From positions 744,001 through 808,000 of the forward strand of contig NW_019028982.1 in NCBI RefSeq assembly GCF_002105155.1: a DNA stretch of 64,000 bases. The letters run 5' to 3'. Position 1 is the stretch's first letter; each line of letters opens with the position of its first letter. Positions 1 to 12,445 of this stretch are shown here, piece by piece. Source of the stretch: Lobosporangium transversale (taxonomy: Eukaryota). The notes beneath the pieces are model-generated. The model was not told the origin of the DNA. It did not search any database and worked only from the letters and a program-made list of their open reading frames with translations. The translations under genes were made by a program, and so were the position numbers.

Positions 1-474
1 TGGTAAGGGTGACCAACATGATATTCATACATCTGTTGTCTAAGCTTTCTGTCTTTGTTTTGTTTTTCTCTTTCTTTTTTTTTTTTTTTTTTGTTTTTTT
101 TTTAAAAATGTGTGTGCTGCTGCTTGTGTTGTCTTTAATGTGACATGTTTGCTGCTGAGGTTTCTTTCTCTCTCTCTTTCTCTCTCATTGTACTGTACAA
201 GCGATAATATTATATGATTGAGAGCAGGCTGTCGACACATTACTGCTGTGCGTCAATATCTTTATGAAATGTTCTCTATACTGTCTATCGGTGTATCTGT
301 CTGTCTTGTCCTTTCTTGTCTTGTCTGTCATGGATAATTCTCATGATGAAAAAAGAAAGAAAGAAAAAAAAAAAAAAAAACAAAAAAAACTAACTTTTTA
401 TTTGTTTTTTTTTTTTTATTTTTTTTTTTTTTTTGCTTCTCTCTGCATGTAATGCTCCATTAATATCTACAAAG

Positions 475-2737
475 TATGCTGCATCGGATCAGAATGCAGG
501 CATTCATGCGCCCAGTCATGACTGGCTATCTGCATCAACAGTTGCAGCATCATCCACATCTTGTACACGACCAACAGCAGCAGTTAGCTTTTGAGCAAAG
601 CATATCCATGGCTCATCAGCCTTCAGGTTATGAATGGAGTCAGGATCCATCTCTTAGTTCCAATCAATTGGCTTCTGCCCTGTCGTTCGATATGTTGCTT
701 AGTATGGGATCTTCCGCCTCCACAGTATCTACTTCCTCATCAGTTCCTGGTGTCTCAGCATCGTCGGAACTTACAGAGGCTGACCAGGACATGTTTGGCC
801 TTGGACAGCCTCAGCAACATCATTCACTGTCTTCCATTCCCCTCGTGTCCTTCTCTAACGATTATTCTGCATCATCAACGAATAACTCCTTTCCACAAGA
901 TCAGATCTTGTCGTCGCAAGAACTTTCGAACCCCACAGCTATTTCTCTTTCTTCCATACCATCATCACCATCAATAACACCACTTTCACATCATCAGCCA
1001 TCTTTGGTATCTGTTACAGCTCTTCCACAACAGACGTATTATGAGCTGTTGATGGCAGCTAACCCCAATGAGCCACTATCGCAGCTTCTATCGACGAATG
1101 CCACAGCTATGACATCTTCATCTTTTACTGTCACTTCATCATCGTCTTCTCTTGTCTCTTCAGAAGCGACTTCGTCTTATACAGTACTAGACGTCTCACT
1201 TTCTGATGCTATGGCGAGCAATGCATCATCATCGTCTGATTCTGTAACGGTAGACATTCCTCGCGCTGAACAGATCCTAAAGTCGGTCACCAGCACATTC
1301 TCCATGTCGAACTTTTCAGTAGAACCTAGTTCCGAAACCGAACCTGGACTTGGACCTGAACCTGAGCCGGAGCTTGAATCAAGAACAGAATCTTCACCGC
1401 ATGTGCCTCAGCAGACTGTTCCATTGACAACCAAAGAGATTATGGATGCACTTTCTGGTCAGTTCCCAATTCAACCAATAGCATCTTTACCTACATCTTC
1501 CGAGTTAAACACGGAAGCTGTAGTGTCTTTGTCTACTTCGGCTACAATTGCAACGGAGACCCTTCCTTTGAAACAGAATGAGTTGTCTGTTGAGAAGGCT
1601 GTAGTAGATATATTGCCTTGTACTCTGTCCTCCACAAATACCATAGCTACCTTGGAAAGCTCTGTGTCCGAACTGACATGTGCACGATCTATGGACTCTT
1701 TAGAGTATCTGAGCACTGCTGATACTACTGCAGTACCTACCGACTCTGCTGATACTACTGCAGTACCTACCGACTCTGCTGATACTACTGCAGTACCTAC
1801 CGACTCTGCTGAAGAGACATGTAAAAAGCACAGCGCTTCCGAATCACAGTCTCTAGCGGCGTCGTCGTCGTTTTCAGAGCCAAGGTCGGATGAATCATGG
1901 GACAGTGACTGCGATATGCTGAGCCCACCACCGCTTTGTCACCAGGACACAGACGCCGAGGATAGCATAGCCGCAACCGAAGTAGAAAAGGCTCTTGACA
2001 ATGAAGACATGCATCGAGAATCGAGCGTAGATATTGATATGGGGGAGATTTCCCTTTCCTCACCTCCATCCTCACCATCAAGGAGCACACGTTCGCCAAA
2101 GCGAACCAAGAGCTCGCCAACGGGCAAGCGATTGTCCAGACCTCAGACTCGTCGATCTAGAGCAAAATCAGAACAAGAATCCTTGTCAGCTCAACTTTTA
2201 GCTGTAGAAGAGCCAGTTTTTGCTCTAGAGAGTGTGCAAGAGAGTGCTGTTCGTACGTCAAAACGTAGACGAGCAAGCGATGATGATGCATCGTCTTCAT
2301 CCTGCTCCAGTCCTGAATCTTCACCTCCATCACCTAGGACCCCACCACCCCTTACGGAGCAAGCTATTCAGACTGGGGATGGTTCTGAAGACCACACATT
2401 CATGCAGCACCATCCTCATCATCAGCATAATGAGCATGGGCATGAAGAAGATCTATCGAAGCGTGCAAAGACTGAAGACGGCAAGGTTTGTGATGCAAGC
2501 ACTGACATTGTTGTCCAGGAGGATACCGTTTCGGAGGCGAGTCAAGGGGATGCTGGCGTTCTCTCGTCTTCGCTTCTGACACGATATCCGACCCGTCAGT
2601 CCATGCGTATCCTTCGACGAACCACCAGCCGTATGCAAGCAGCAGCAACATCCTGCGGCGTCAATACGCATCATCCTCACCCCAACGGGAGTGAGCCTAC
2701 CCTTTTGAGCAGTTCCAACAAGGTCACTGCAGCATAA
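475..2737 (+). CDS. 3' exon of a Ser/Thr/Gln-rich, largely disordered protein, possibly a nuclear regulator; the 5' part probably lies upstream of the window
   Basis: 753-aa ORF of low complexity with basic NLS-like patches (RSPKRTK, TSKRRR). A GTAAGG donor at 3 and an AAG acceptor at 472-474 would join TG+T (Cys) in frame with MLHRIR. Confidence 0.6.
1716..1812 (+). repeat. Perfect 30-bp coding tandem repeat, three copies (DTTAVPTDSA)
   Basis: gatactactgcagtacctaccgactctgct at 1721, 1751 and 1781. Confidence 0.95.
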
Positions 2738-3687
2738 TTGCTTTTTTTTTTGTTCTCTTTTTCTTTTTTACTTTTAATAATTGTATAACGCATACCTGAC
2801 TTATAATTTACGTCTGTAGTACCAGCCTGGTGCATTGGTGCGATCTTTTTGAATATCGCACCATGTCTCCTTTTTCGCGTTCATTTTACTCGTATATCCT
2901 ATTGATTTTCTGTATCATTTATTCTTAATATTTTTAACTTTTTTTTTTTTTTTTTTTTTTGTTGTTGTTACTCGGACTGTGATCAAATCAGTCAACGTAG
3001 CATTTTTGTTTTTTTTGAGGTTTGTTTTTGTACATATACATCCTGATGCTCATCATTATTCTCATACATGCGCTCTCTCCGCCTGGGTGTATATCCATAC
3101 CCAAACAATTTTTTTTTTTGCTTTTTTTTTTTTTTTTTGTTTTGTAGTAACGCTTTTTAGTTTTGTTCTTAGTGAATTCAAATAATTATTAATAAAAAAA
3201 AAAAAAAAAAAAAAAAAAAAGATACGGTGTTTAGTTGCACGTGCCATGTTTGACAACAAAGTTAAAAAGATCACTTTATATAGACATGCACTTACTTAAC
3301 AGGCATGTTTGAGTAGATCCATCCAGCTCCGACTTGTCCAAGTCTATTTATTGGTCTGTTCTCTGTAACCTTGAAATGATACCACACAAAAGGCATCAGA
3401 CTGTCTCTTTCACGTGTGCTTTGAGATGTGACACCAAAGCAGCCTATGGCTTTGTCTCATCCAATCTTATTTATAGGATTTTTTTTTAAACTTTTTCAGA
3501 TAGTGGCGGCAGCCGCAATCTCAGGACAGTAACATCCTGGGAGAACAAGGAGACGCATGAGAAACTCTTTTTTTTTTTTTTTTTTTTTTTTTTCTTTTCT
3601 TTCGAATGCAACTTATTACGCAAGTACCACGTCGTCTCTACACCTTCTATCACGTACATCAACTTGCATTAATTTACACGATACTCT

Positions 3688-3732
<45 letters not shown>

Positions 3733-4836
3733 GACAAGATCATTGGTAGTCAATCCGTTTCTTATTGATGAAGTTAAAACCATTTCAGAAAACCTTTCAA
3801 TCTTAAGCTACATGCATATCAAATGGGCACATAGGGGAAAGGAGGAGGGGGGGGGGAGTGGAGGGAGTGGAGGGAGAGAAAGACTGATAGGACTCATTAG
3901 GAGATGAAAGGATGCAATACATTTATCAAAGGGAGGAGGGAAGACAAAATATATGTTGGCTGATGATGTCGAGGGCCGAAGAATAAGAATGTTGTGAAGA
4001 AGAGAAAACACAAACGAGAAGGGGAAGGGGTATATATATATCAGGAGGACGGCATCGACGGCGGCGAACGATCATAACCATAACCATAACCATAACCATG
4101 ACTATGTCAACGATAAGGAGGATGGAGAAGATGAAGGCGATCACAAAGGGCAGCTAGTTCAGCCAATGTAGTATACGCATGTCTCTCCTCAAATAAAACA
4201 TTTTTCCCAATAGGATTAGGAGAACTCATAGTGACTTTAAATGTCAGTGGCAATCGGTCGTATGTCTCTTGACGCGTTCGTGTAACATCTTTTCTCCTCA
4301 CTGTTTCAGTTGATTTTGTGACCGCAGGTGTTCGCTTACCTTACTTAGTGCTGCGCCTGAAGCCATGAAGATTACGAGTATTGATATGCATTCGTTAATA
4401 TACCTCACATTCCTCTTTGGAAGGGTACGAGAAAGCTAAAAGTTTTGGGCCTCATGTCCCACAAAAAGTTGTCGTGCGAAAATGCGAAAATGAAAAAAGC
4501 ATTATATAAAAGACTATGATTGGTAGGCCAAAACAAGAATTGATGCTTGAGCAAAACTTTAAAGGGGAGAGGATCAGGGGGCACAAGCATTTGCTCTACA
4601 GCCTAAATATGTCATGTATTCGCGTAATGTCCTAATACGCTTGCATATGAGAGGTTTCCTAAATCTTATCTGGCATAAGCGATTGTTGTCATGAACAAGC
4701 CCATCGATGAACGCCCAGGAACCAAAAAATAAAATAAAAAAAAAAATAAAGATAAAAAAAATTCATAAAAAGTCGAGGGAATGGATGAAACGGGAATAGG
4801 ATTAATACAGCCTGTGCTGCCTGTCCATTTACAGCA

Positions 4837-4878
<42 letters not shown>

Positions 4879-5165
4879 CAAAACGAAGGAGTCTGCGATG
4901 ACATGAAGTGTTGTGGTCTTTTGTTATTTGCGTCCAATGGGGCAGTTGCCCCAACAACAGTTTTCTTATTATTTTTTTTTTTTTTTTTAAGGAGTGGTTT
5001 ACAAAAAAGCATATCGCACGGGACTCCTATTAGGTTTTGTGGTAAAGCTAACCACTGCAAGGAGACCGGAGTAGCTGACAAGGAGCCAGTAGTTACAAAA
5101 GCAAATAACTAGTTATATTAAGTAATGGTTAGTCCACAATGTCATTGGACTTTAGTCGCACCATC

Positions 5166-5197
<32 letters not shown>

Positions 5198-5467
5198 CTA
5201 TGAAGTAGGCAGTGCTCTGGAAAGAGCCAGGAAAACGAGGAGAGTCTATGTGAAGTATGGGCGTCTTAAACGTGATGTGCAACTACTATACATAAAAGCT
5301 AGAAATGGCGCATTGTGCAACTTTTTTTATTTTTTTTTTATTTTTTTTTTATTTTTTTATCTTTCTTTCCAACTCTCCTTGTTTATTTGCCTTCTTTTAA
5401 CTGTTCAAGTTTTTAAAACCACATTATCAATCTATTTTCTGTAGAGAACACTACTACCTCGTCCACT

Positions 5468-6198
5468 ATGACTCCAAAAGACATAAGCATAAGCAAAACA
5501 AAAGAAGCCCAGCTTAAAAGCAACGATGCCGTGAAGAAAGAAACGAAAGAGCAGCAGTACACATTTACAAACTGGGCAGGCAATCAACGAGCATGCCCAG
5601 CTCAGATTTTTCATCCTCAGACAGCAAATGAATTGGTCGATATCGTCCATTTGGCTAATGTAGAAGGCAAGAAGATCCGATGTACTGCCTTTGGATGTAC
5701 ATGGTCGTCCTCTTCTGTGGTAAATGAAGAAGGGTATCTAGTCAACATCACAAAAATGAATAGGATTTTTGACCCGGTGCACGTGGAAGGGAATGGCTGG
5801 ACGGTCGAGATTGAGGCAGGGGTTGCCGTCAAGGACCTTGATGACGCCCTTAGGAAGCATGAACCACCGCTGGCATTGACTTCTAGCGTCGTTCTGAATT
5901 CCATAAGCTTCGGCGGTATCATTTCCCTTGGATGCCATGGCGCTGCTAGTCACGAATCAACTATGTCAGACCTTGTCACCAAGGTTAAGATCATTGATGC
6001 CTCTGGGGTCATGAACACCTTTAGCAAGGCGGCAGACCCACACGAGTTTTCTGCCGCTGCAGTGAGCCTTGGTCTTCTAGGCATCACATATAGTTATACC
6101 ATTCGTGTGGAGCCTATGTTCAAGCTGAGGATGGTTAGCTCGAATGTCATTATATTGTTTTTACATTGTGAGTGTGAGAAAGAAGTGAGGTTCTGTCT

Positions 6199-6230
<32 letters not shown>

Positions 6231-7450
6231 CTACACTTCTGATCTTTTTATATTTCTATAACTGGGCCTGTACTGGCTATTTGCCTTAAACCACTCAAGC
6301 GAGATTCATCACCCCCTCTAGTATACTATTTTGGGAGCCCCAAGACCTGTGGGCCGAGGTTGAAGGCCATGGTGCTTGGAAATGATCAAACAGAGATTTT
6401 TTATTGGCCATTCCATGCCAATGGGAAAGGTATGGAGTACGAACGTATCTGGCTAAAGGAATGGCAGCGCACGAGTTTACCTTGTTCAGGATCACGTACT
6501 GAGGCCAAGATCAAGAAATGGGCAGAAAATATTGGAATGAAGCTTGGTAATACCATTTACCGAGTAATGCTCCAGCGCCCAAGCATAGCGCCTCTGGTGA
6601 TTCGAACCCTATACAAGGCCATTAACATGAATAAGGAGAGAGTACTGTATGCACCAGATGCTATTCATTATCAGTCGGGCATTGAGCATGTTCAAAGTGT
6701 GTGTACAGAGATGGGTATTAAAGCGGACGAAAATTTTGAAAACGTTATACATGCTTGGAACAAAGTCATTGAATTAGTAAGTGGGTATCTGGATGCTAGC
6801 TCTACTTTTTTTAAATCTCCCTAATTCTCGAAGACTAATTTTTATTTTATTTTATTTTATTTATTATTATTATTTTATTTTTATTTTTTATTTTTTAAAA
6901 AAAAAAAAAAAAAAATCATAATCCGTTAGATAGAGGTGTATCAACGCAAAGGCTCATTTCCTCTCAACATTGCAGTAGAGATGCGGTTTGTCAAGGCATC
7001 TCAAATGTTGATGTCAAATTTATACGATACAGATCCCAATGCAATTTATGCCGCAATTGAAATCATCACTGCTTCAGACACAAGTGACTTTGAGCATTTC
7101 GCCACCGAGATATCACAATACTGGATGGACAATTTTAAGGCTCAGTAAGTGCTTGAAAGAAGAAATAAACTGACTACTTTGATGTTTATGTTAAATGTAA
7201 CGGAAAACTGGAAACAGTAGTCCTATGGTTGCCTTTGGTTAACTTTTTTTTTTTTTTTTTTTTCTATTCCTTGAATTGACTTACTGGTAGGCCACATTGG
7301 GCTAAACTGTGGGAGTTTTTACCAGGAATTGTTCCATATCTCCGCAGGGAGGCTGGTGAGCGGTATGATCAGTTTGAGGCCATCCGCAAGAAATATGACC
7401 CGCAAGGCATATTCATGAACCGTACATTTGCTGGACTTGTAGGACACTAG
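5468..7450 (+). CDS. FAD-linked sugar-lactone oxidase (L-gulonolactone / D-arabinono-1,4-lactone oxidase family), 4 exons
   Basis: Exons 5468-6133, 6300-6776, 6930-7144, 7291-7450 splice in frame at GT..AG. N-terminal FTNWAG..CPAQIFHP, GGIISLGCHG, SLGLLGI; C-terminal EMRF, QPHWAK and DPQGIF motifs typical of FAD_binding_4 + ALO proteins. Confidence 0.85.
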
Positions 7451-8504
7451 CTAATGAAGACGATAAATAATACATATATATATATATATTTTATTAAATT
7501 ATAGCTAATAGTACACAAATCTTGAAGAACGCTCTCTCAGTTGCACCATGTTTTCAAGAGTGAAGAAAGTGGTGGATCTCGAATGATTAACTGATCACGA
7601 GGGACAATGTAGGATCAAGATGTTCTTAGTAGTAGGTGACAAGTGGGCGATGAGCCTCAATGCATTGCTTGGCTCTTCGCTCGTTGCAGCTTATAAGGGA
7701 GGCAGAGTAGGCTTTCCAGCGCTGTTATTTCTGTCCCACAGGAGGAATATATTAGCATTGTTGTCATTGTGACAGCCACCACAGTAACAGTCCTCTCTGG
7801 ATTTCAGCTTTAGTTTGGGACTAAGTGATGGTGTTGATGGTTCTCCTGTTCCAATAGCCTCTTTTCTGCTCCAGCAAAGATACATCGGTTACTCATCTTT
7901 AAACTCTTAAGCTAATCTTAAATACCATTAACTTTAACTTAACTTTATCCTACCATATGCTTACCTTTGCTCACGTGTTATTTCCCTCATACACCACTTA
8001 GAAAAAAATACTCAAGCGTACAAAACTTCAAATATGCAGCCTGTGGCCTCATTTTCCCACTAGGTAAGGGCCCCCAAGATATTAACCGCATCGCTATAGA
8101 ATTTAAGTAGCCGAAGAATCTCCCTTACGTTCGTATTCCGCATCAATCCAGTTTTACTATCATCGCTATCAGTAATATGATGATTGTCAAGAGAAAAGGT
8201 CATATATTCATCCAGTACAAAATAGATTTCCTGTAACTTGGATCTCAACGTTGAATTGTGTCTTCGGGGGTATTGTAACTTAATGACTATTCAGTACAGA
8301 TCCCATGTAACCATAGGGTTTACAAGAGTTATGATGATCAATTAAGGCTTACAAGAGTTTTCCTGATATCTCTCACAGGCGCGCTGAACGATCCTTCCGC
8401 TTGTCATTTCTTAATGCCTTGAAGGCTAGGTGATAAACTAATAAGCGATTAGCACACAGAGCTTGTCCTTATCTGAGCAGGAGCAGGTTTATGTTGGTTA
8501 ACAG

Positions 8505-9265
8505 TTGTCGTCCAATACGTTGAGGCACCATATGACAGACTGTGCTTTTATTTGTTCGTTAACCCAGGTGGATCTCAAGTATAGAAAAAATATACGCATC
8601 AATCAATCAATGATGTTATATCTATACAAGGCTATTGGGTTGTCACTTAATGAACTTGAAGTCCTCGGCCTTGATGTACATGGTAATCCTGTTATTAGTT
8701 TGCAGCTAACTTATAAGCCAGTCAGTCCCTTGACCTCTACTTTATTTCTTTATGTATTAGGCTTAGTTGGGACAATGTTTTCAGTTAAACTATTTCGAAG
8801 AGATTTCACCTCAGACCTTGCGTCCAAGCATGTTCTTCGCTTTCCAAACTCGCGACCTACATGGAAAGAATTCTTACTAGGAGATACAATTAACTTTCTT
8901 ATCACCTTTGTGGTAAGCTCGAGTTTGATGGGATCTGGTAATACAGGCTGAACATATTTTATTCCCTTGCTCCATTAGAACTATATTATAAACTGTCGTG
9001 AACGTGTACTAGAACAGATAATTGAGCACTAAGATAGATAACATTAAAATTTCAGGAAAACATTTAAGGCCTTCTCTCCAGATTTCGGAATTTACTTCTT
9101 TCAATCCTTCCAAAAAAAAGTTGACAGAACAGCAAATATCAGAGATTTCAGGTGGCGACAAGCACCCCTAGCCCCCTCATTGCCAGTTTCGGAAAGGAGG
9201 GAAATTGATGAACATGTGGAATCCGAGGATGAATTATTTGACTTCAGTGAACACGTTGGAGCCTG
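8505..9265 (+). pseudogene. Degraded gene or element relic of unknown family
   Basis: Protein-like fragments (KNIRINQSMMLYL..LEVLGLDVHG; LRFPNSRPTWKEFLLGDTINFLITF; acidic tail ending 9265) separated by intron-like segments, with no clear ATG-bearing 5' exon. Confidence 0.35.
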
Positions 9266-9543
9266 AGGACGAGCCATTTAGTTTTAATGCAAAAGTTCAA
9301 AAACAAATAAAAATTTGAAGTGTATGATGATCAATCCTCAATTTCGATCGGCCGATATAAGAATTGGCCCCTGTATCCTAGTTGGGTCCATGACTTCATC
9401 TGGAGCCAACTGTCGCGCTCAGATTGAAAGGAAGGTTTAAAAAAGCGCTAATATGGTTTTCGTACAATGTGAATCTGAAATGTTCTAAAATTCTGAAAAC
9501 TAGATGAAAGCAGAACAGTGTTTACATAAATTATGGACAGAAT

Positions 9544-9546
<3 letters not shown>

Positions 9547-9594
<48 letters not shown>

Positions 9595-9620
9595 AGAGAG
9601 AGAGAGAGACAGAGAGAGAG
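9547..9620. repeat. (GA)n microsatellite
   Basis: About 37 mostly perfect GA units. Confidence 0.95.
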
Positions 9621-10328
9621 TCAGAGGTAATGGCGTAACTAAGCTCTTTGCCACAGGATGTGTATGCAAATGTGGCACTAGATGTCAAAGATCAGCGATC
9701 CCACTGTTTTTGCCACTGGGTATGGTAACCTCGAAACAGTAATGTAAGTGGTAAGAACGCCACCAATCTTACTGGAAGAGAATAAAAGTAGAGACTCTCT
9801 AGATAAAAGCATCCGTGTTTGCACCTTTAATAAATTACAAGCATGAGACAAAGAGCTATAGCGCGTAAATATATAGTATATATAGTAAGTCTATGAAGGC
9901 TTTTTTTAATTTTTTTATTCACGATCTTTTACAAAAACCAAGTCGAAATGCTATGCAAAAAGCATATTGGTTTGTCAAGCGTGTTGCCTTTACCATAGCA
10001 ATCCTTCGCCCAGTAGTAAATGAAAAAAAAAGGAAGAAAACAATCTCGGTCCATGAGCTATAAAACTGGTGTTTGGTTTGCATTCTATTGCTTCTTTACC
10101 TCGCTGTCTTCTCTCTTTCCGCTGGTTCTTTCTCCTCTATACCATACCACTGCAATCCTTTTTTGCAAACATATATCAGAACACAGACGCTTCAGCTTCC
10201 ACATCGCGTTCAAGAGTAAGAGCAGCACTTTACAGTTCATGTCAAACGTTAGTCCACTGGACAATTTTGGCTCTTTTCACATCCTAATATACACATACGT
10301 ATACATACACGCAATCACCTTATATTAG

Positions 10329-11090
10329 ATGAACCCTAACCAGGCCTCCCGTAGAATTATTGGTTCGTTCTACAGCGCGCTTTTGCAGCTAGGCAAGTAT
10401 GATTTGAACCATTTGCCGATGCAAGACTATCCAACTTGGGCAAGACGAGTAGTTCATGCTGAACGCAAACGGCGTAAAGACAAAGGAGTAGAAATGCCAA
10501 CAAGGTCTGAAAGGAGAAATATCCTAGATTTCGGCGAGGGGATTATTTCACAACCAAATGGCGATCAGCAAGGGTCAGTTGGCGATGACCAACAGCAGCT
10601 CACTAAGCAGAAAAAGGGGAAAGCCCCAAAACCGACTCCGGAGGAGTTTGATGGTGAATACCTTCATACTTACGTTATTGATGAAGTAACGTACGACGTC
10701 GTCTATGATAAAACCCTCAGTAGGACTGATGGGACACTTACTAAGAGAAACAGCAATGTCTGGGGACACTTTGTCTGCAAAACAGAGGATTGCGGGGAAC
10801 GTAAATGGGACTCATCCGTTATCGCCACCAACCTGAGGTTTTGCAGGCCTCGCAAAGCTTACAAAGTCACGCTCCATGCTCAGAAGTGCAACCAATGCGA
10901 GCAGTATGCGGAGCCTATTGTGGAAGTGACGACCTTAGTTAAAAGAGTAGTTTATGTGTTGGACTTGTGGATGGGCTTCAGAGCCAAAGAGCCTCGTAAA
11001 GATAAGGAAATCAAATCCGATGGCCCTCATGATACTGAACGCTGCCATGGATGTGAAGTAAATGAGTGTCCATATGCAGAAAGGGAATGA
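10329..11090 (+). CDS. zf-3CxxC zinc-binding domain protein (RTP/RTP4-like), copy 1, 253 aa, intronless
   Basis: WGHFVCKTEDC..WDS, HAQKCNQC..EP and GPHDTERCHGC..C match the zf-3CxxC pattern G-x-F-x-C..C..W-x-S..Q-x-CxxC..P..GPH...CxxC. Confidence 0.85.
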   Translation: MNPNQASRRIIGSFYSALLQLGKYDLNHLPMQDYPTWARRVVHAERKRRKDKGVEMPTRSERRNILDFGEGIISQPNGDQQGSVGDDQQQLTKQKKGKAPKPTPEEFDGEYLHTYVIDEVTYDVVYDKTLSRTDGTLTKRNSNVWGHFVCKTEDCGERKWDSSVIATNLRFCRPRKAYKVTLHAQKCNQCEQYAEPIVEVTTLVKRVVYVLDLWMGFRAKEPRKDKEIKSDGPHDTERCHGCEVNECPYAERE

Positions 11091-11349
11091 GTTATGATAT
11101 ATCTAGGCCCTTTCATATTTGTGGACATTTACAAAATAAAAGAAGGAAAAAAGAAGAAAAAAAAAGCTTTCCTGGTGTCATTTCAATGCAGAGCTATGGC
11201 GCGTAGGCCAATCCGGGATGAGATAATTGTTGACTGAATGATCTTGCCAAGCAATTTGGAAATAATCCGTTGAGGTTAGGTAGAAGACAAATCTGCTTAA
11301 TAATTAAGTGACCTTACTATCAATCCCCTTGATTATGAAACTGAGCAGG

Positions 11350-11381
<32 letters not shown>

Positions 11382-12377
11382 AAGAAGGAAAAAACTAGTT
11401 TGAGCCTACGTTAGGGTCCTCGCCAAAAGTATTCTTTCATTGTTTTTAAATTGGCTTTTTTAGAGTTCGAGATACCGTCCTACGATGGGTGAATCATGCA
11501 TATTAGAAAATTTCGAGGAGTGCATGCCCCCTGATTGGCGAAGGCCCTTTTTTTCTTGTTTGTTGACAAGGCACAGAGCGCAAAATAAAATCGTTTGATG
11601 GCTTAAAATGGAAACAGGTGATTTTATTTTATCACAAAGTACAGCCCTCAAGGTATAAACTATGGCCACCATTTAAGTCTCTCTTTCGCAATATTGACCA
11701 AAAGAGTATATGAACCCGCTCCCCTATTAAAAGCCAATCCATCCAATGGCTTGAAGTGGATGTGGGGCGAACGTTAGAAAATAATATACAGCCTTTTTTA
11801 CGCACTGCAGCATAATTTCGCATAATGGGAGTTCTTTTGTCCTTGTGTGTGGTTATAGTATTTGTATTTTTAAGATAATCATATGCCTGACAAGTAGCGC
11901 AAGTGGTGCGGTTGCTACCTTGCCTCTGTTTGCTTATTTGTTTATTTGATCAGCTCTTGATGGTTTGTTGTCGCGCTTAGTTGTTTCACACATTGTGGTG
12001 TATTGTTTCGAAGAAGATGATGTTTGAGACGCTTAGGAGGAAAGGTTATTCAAAAGATCGGATTGTTTGTTGCAGCAAAAAGGTGCTTCTTTTTGGTCAC
12101 GACATAATTCATTTGTTATATTTTAGAATAACCTGTGCCTCTGAATGAGAATATAACATAGTGATATAGATTAACAAATGAATTGTGCTGTGACCAAACG
12201 AACCGGACAATATATCAGTCACATGTTATTAATACCGATTACCAAGGCAGATCCCCCGCGGGATGATCGATTCCCAATTTCACACGCACAGGTCCATGGT
12301 ATCTGGTGATTATGTGTGGCAGTAAGTGGAGGCACAACTTTTTTTTTTTTTTTTTTTTTTTTTTTGTTGAGATCTAG

Positions 12378-12385
12378 TATATAAA
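12378..12385 (+). promoter_or_regulatory. TATA-like box upstream of the dynamin gene
   Basis: TATATAAA 68 bp before the ATG, just downstream of a poly(T) tract. Confidence 0.4.
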
Positions 12386-12445
12386 GAGTGCTGTTTAACT
12401 TTATGAAAAACTAACCTTCAACTTCATTGATCCATTCCATACACC

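Noticed and set aside
1716..1812. CRISPR-like array
   Set aside because: Repeats are contiguous with no spacers, in frame within a eukaryotic ORF.
2836..2863. 9-bp stem hairpin (tggtgcgat..atcgcacca) in a 3' UTR
   Set aside because: Short enough to arise by chance; no other support.
3900..4170. Purine-rich segment with (CATAAC)n that looks like an exon
   Set aside because: No coherent ORF or splice model; treated as microsatellite or relic.
4666..5444. Short poly-K/poly-F ORFs here and throughout the window
   Set aside because: They are translations of homopolymer tracts, not genes.
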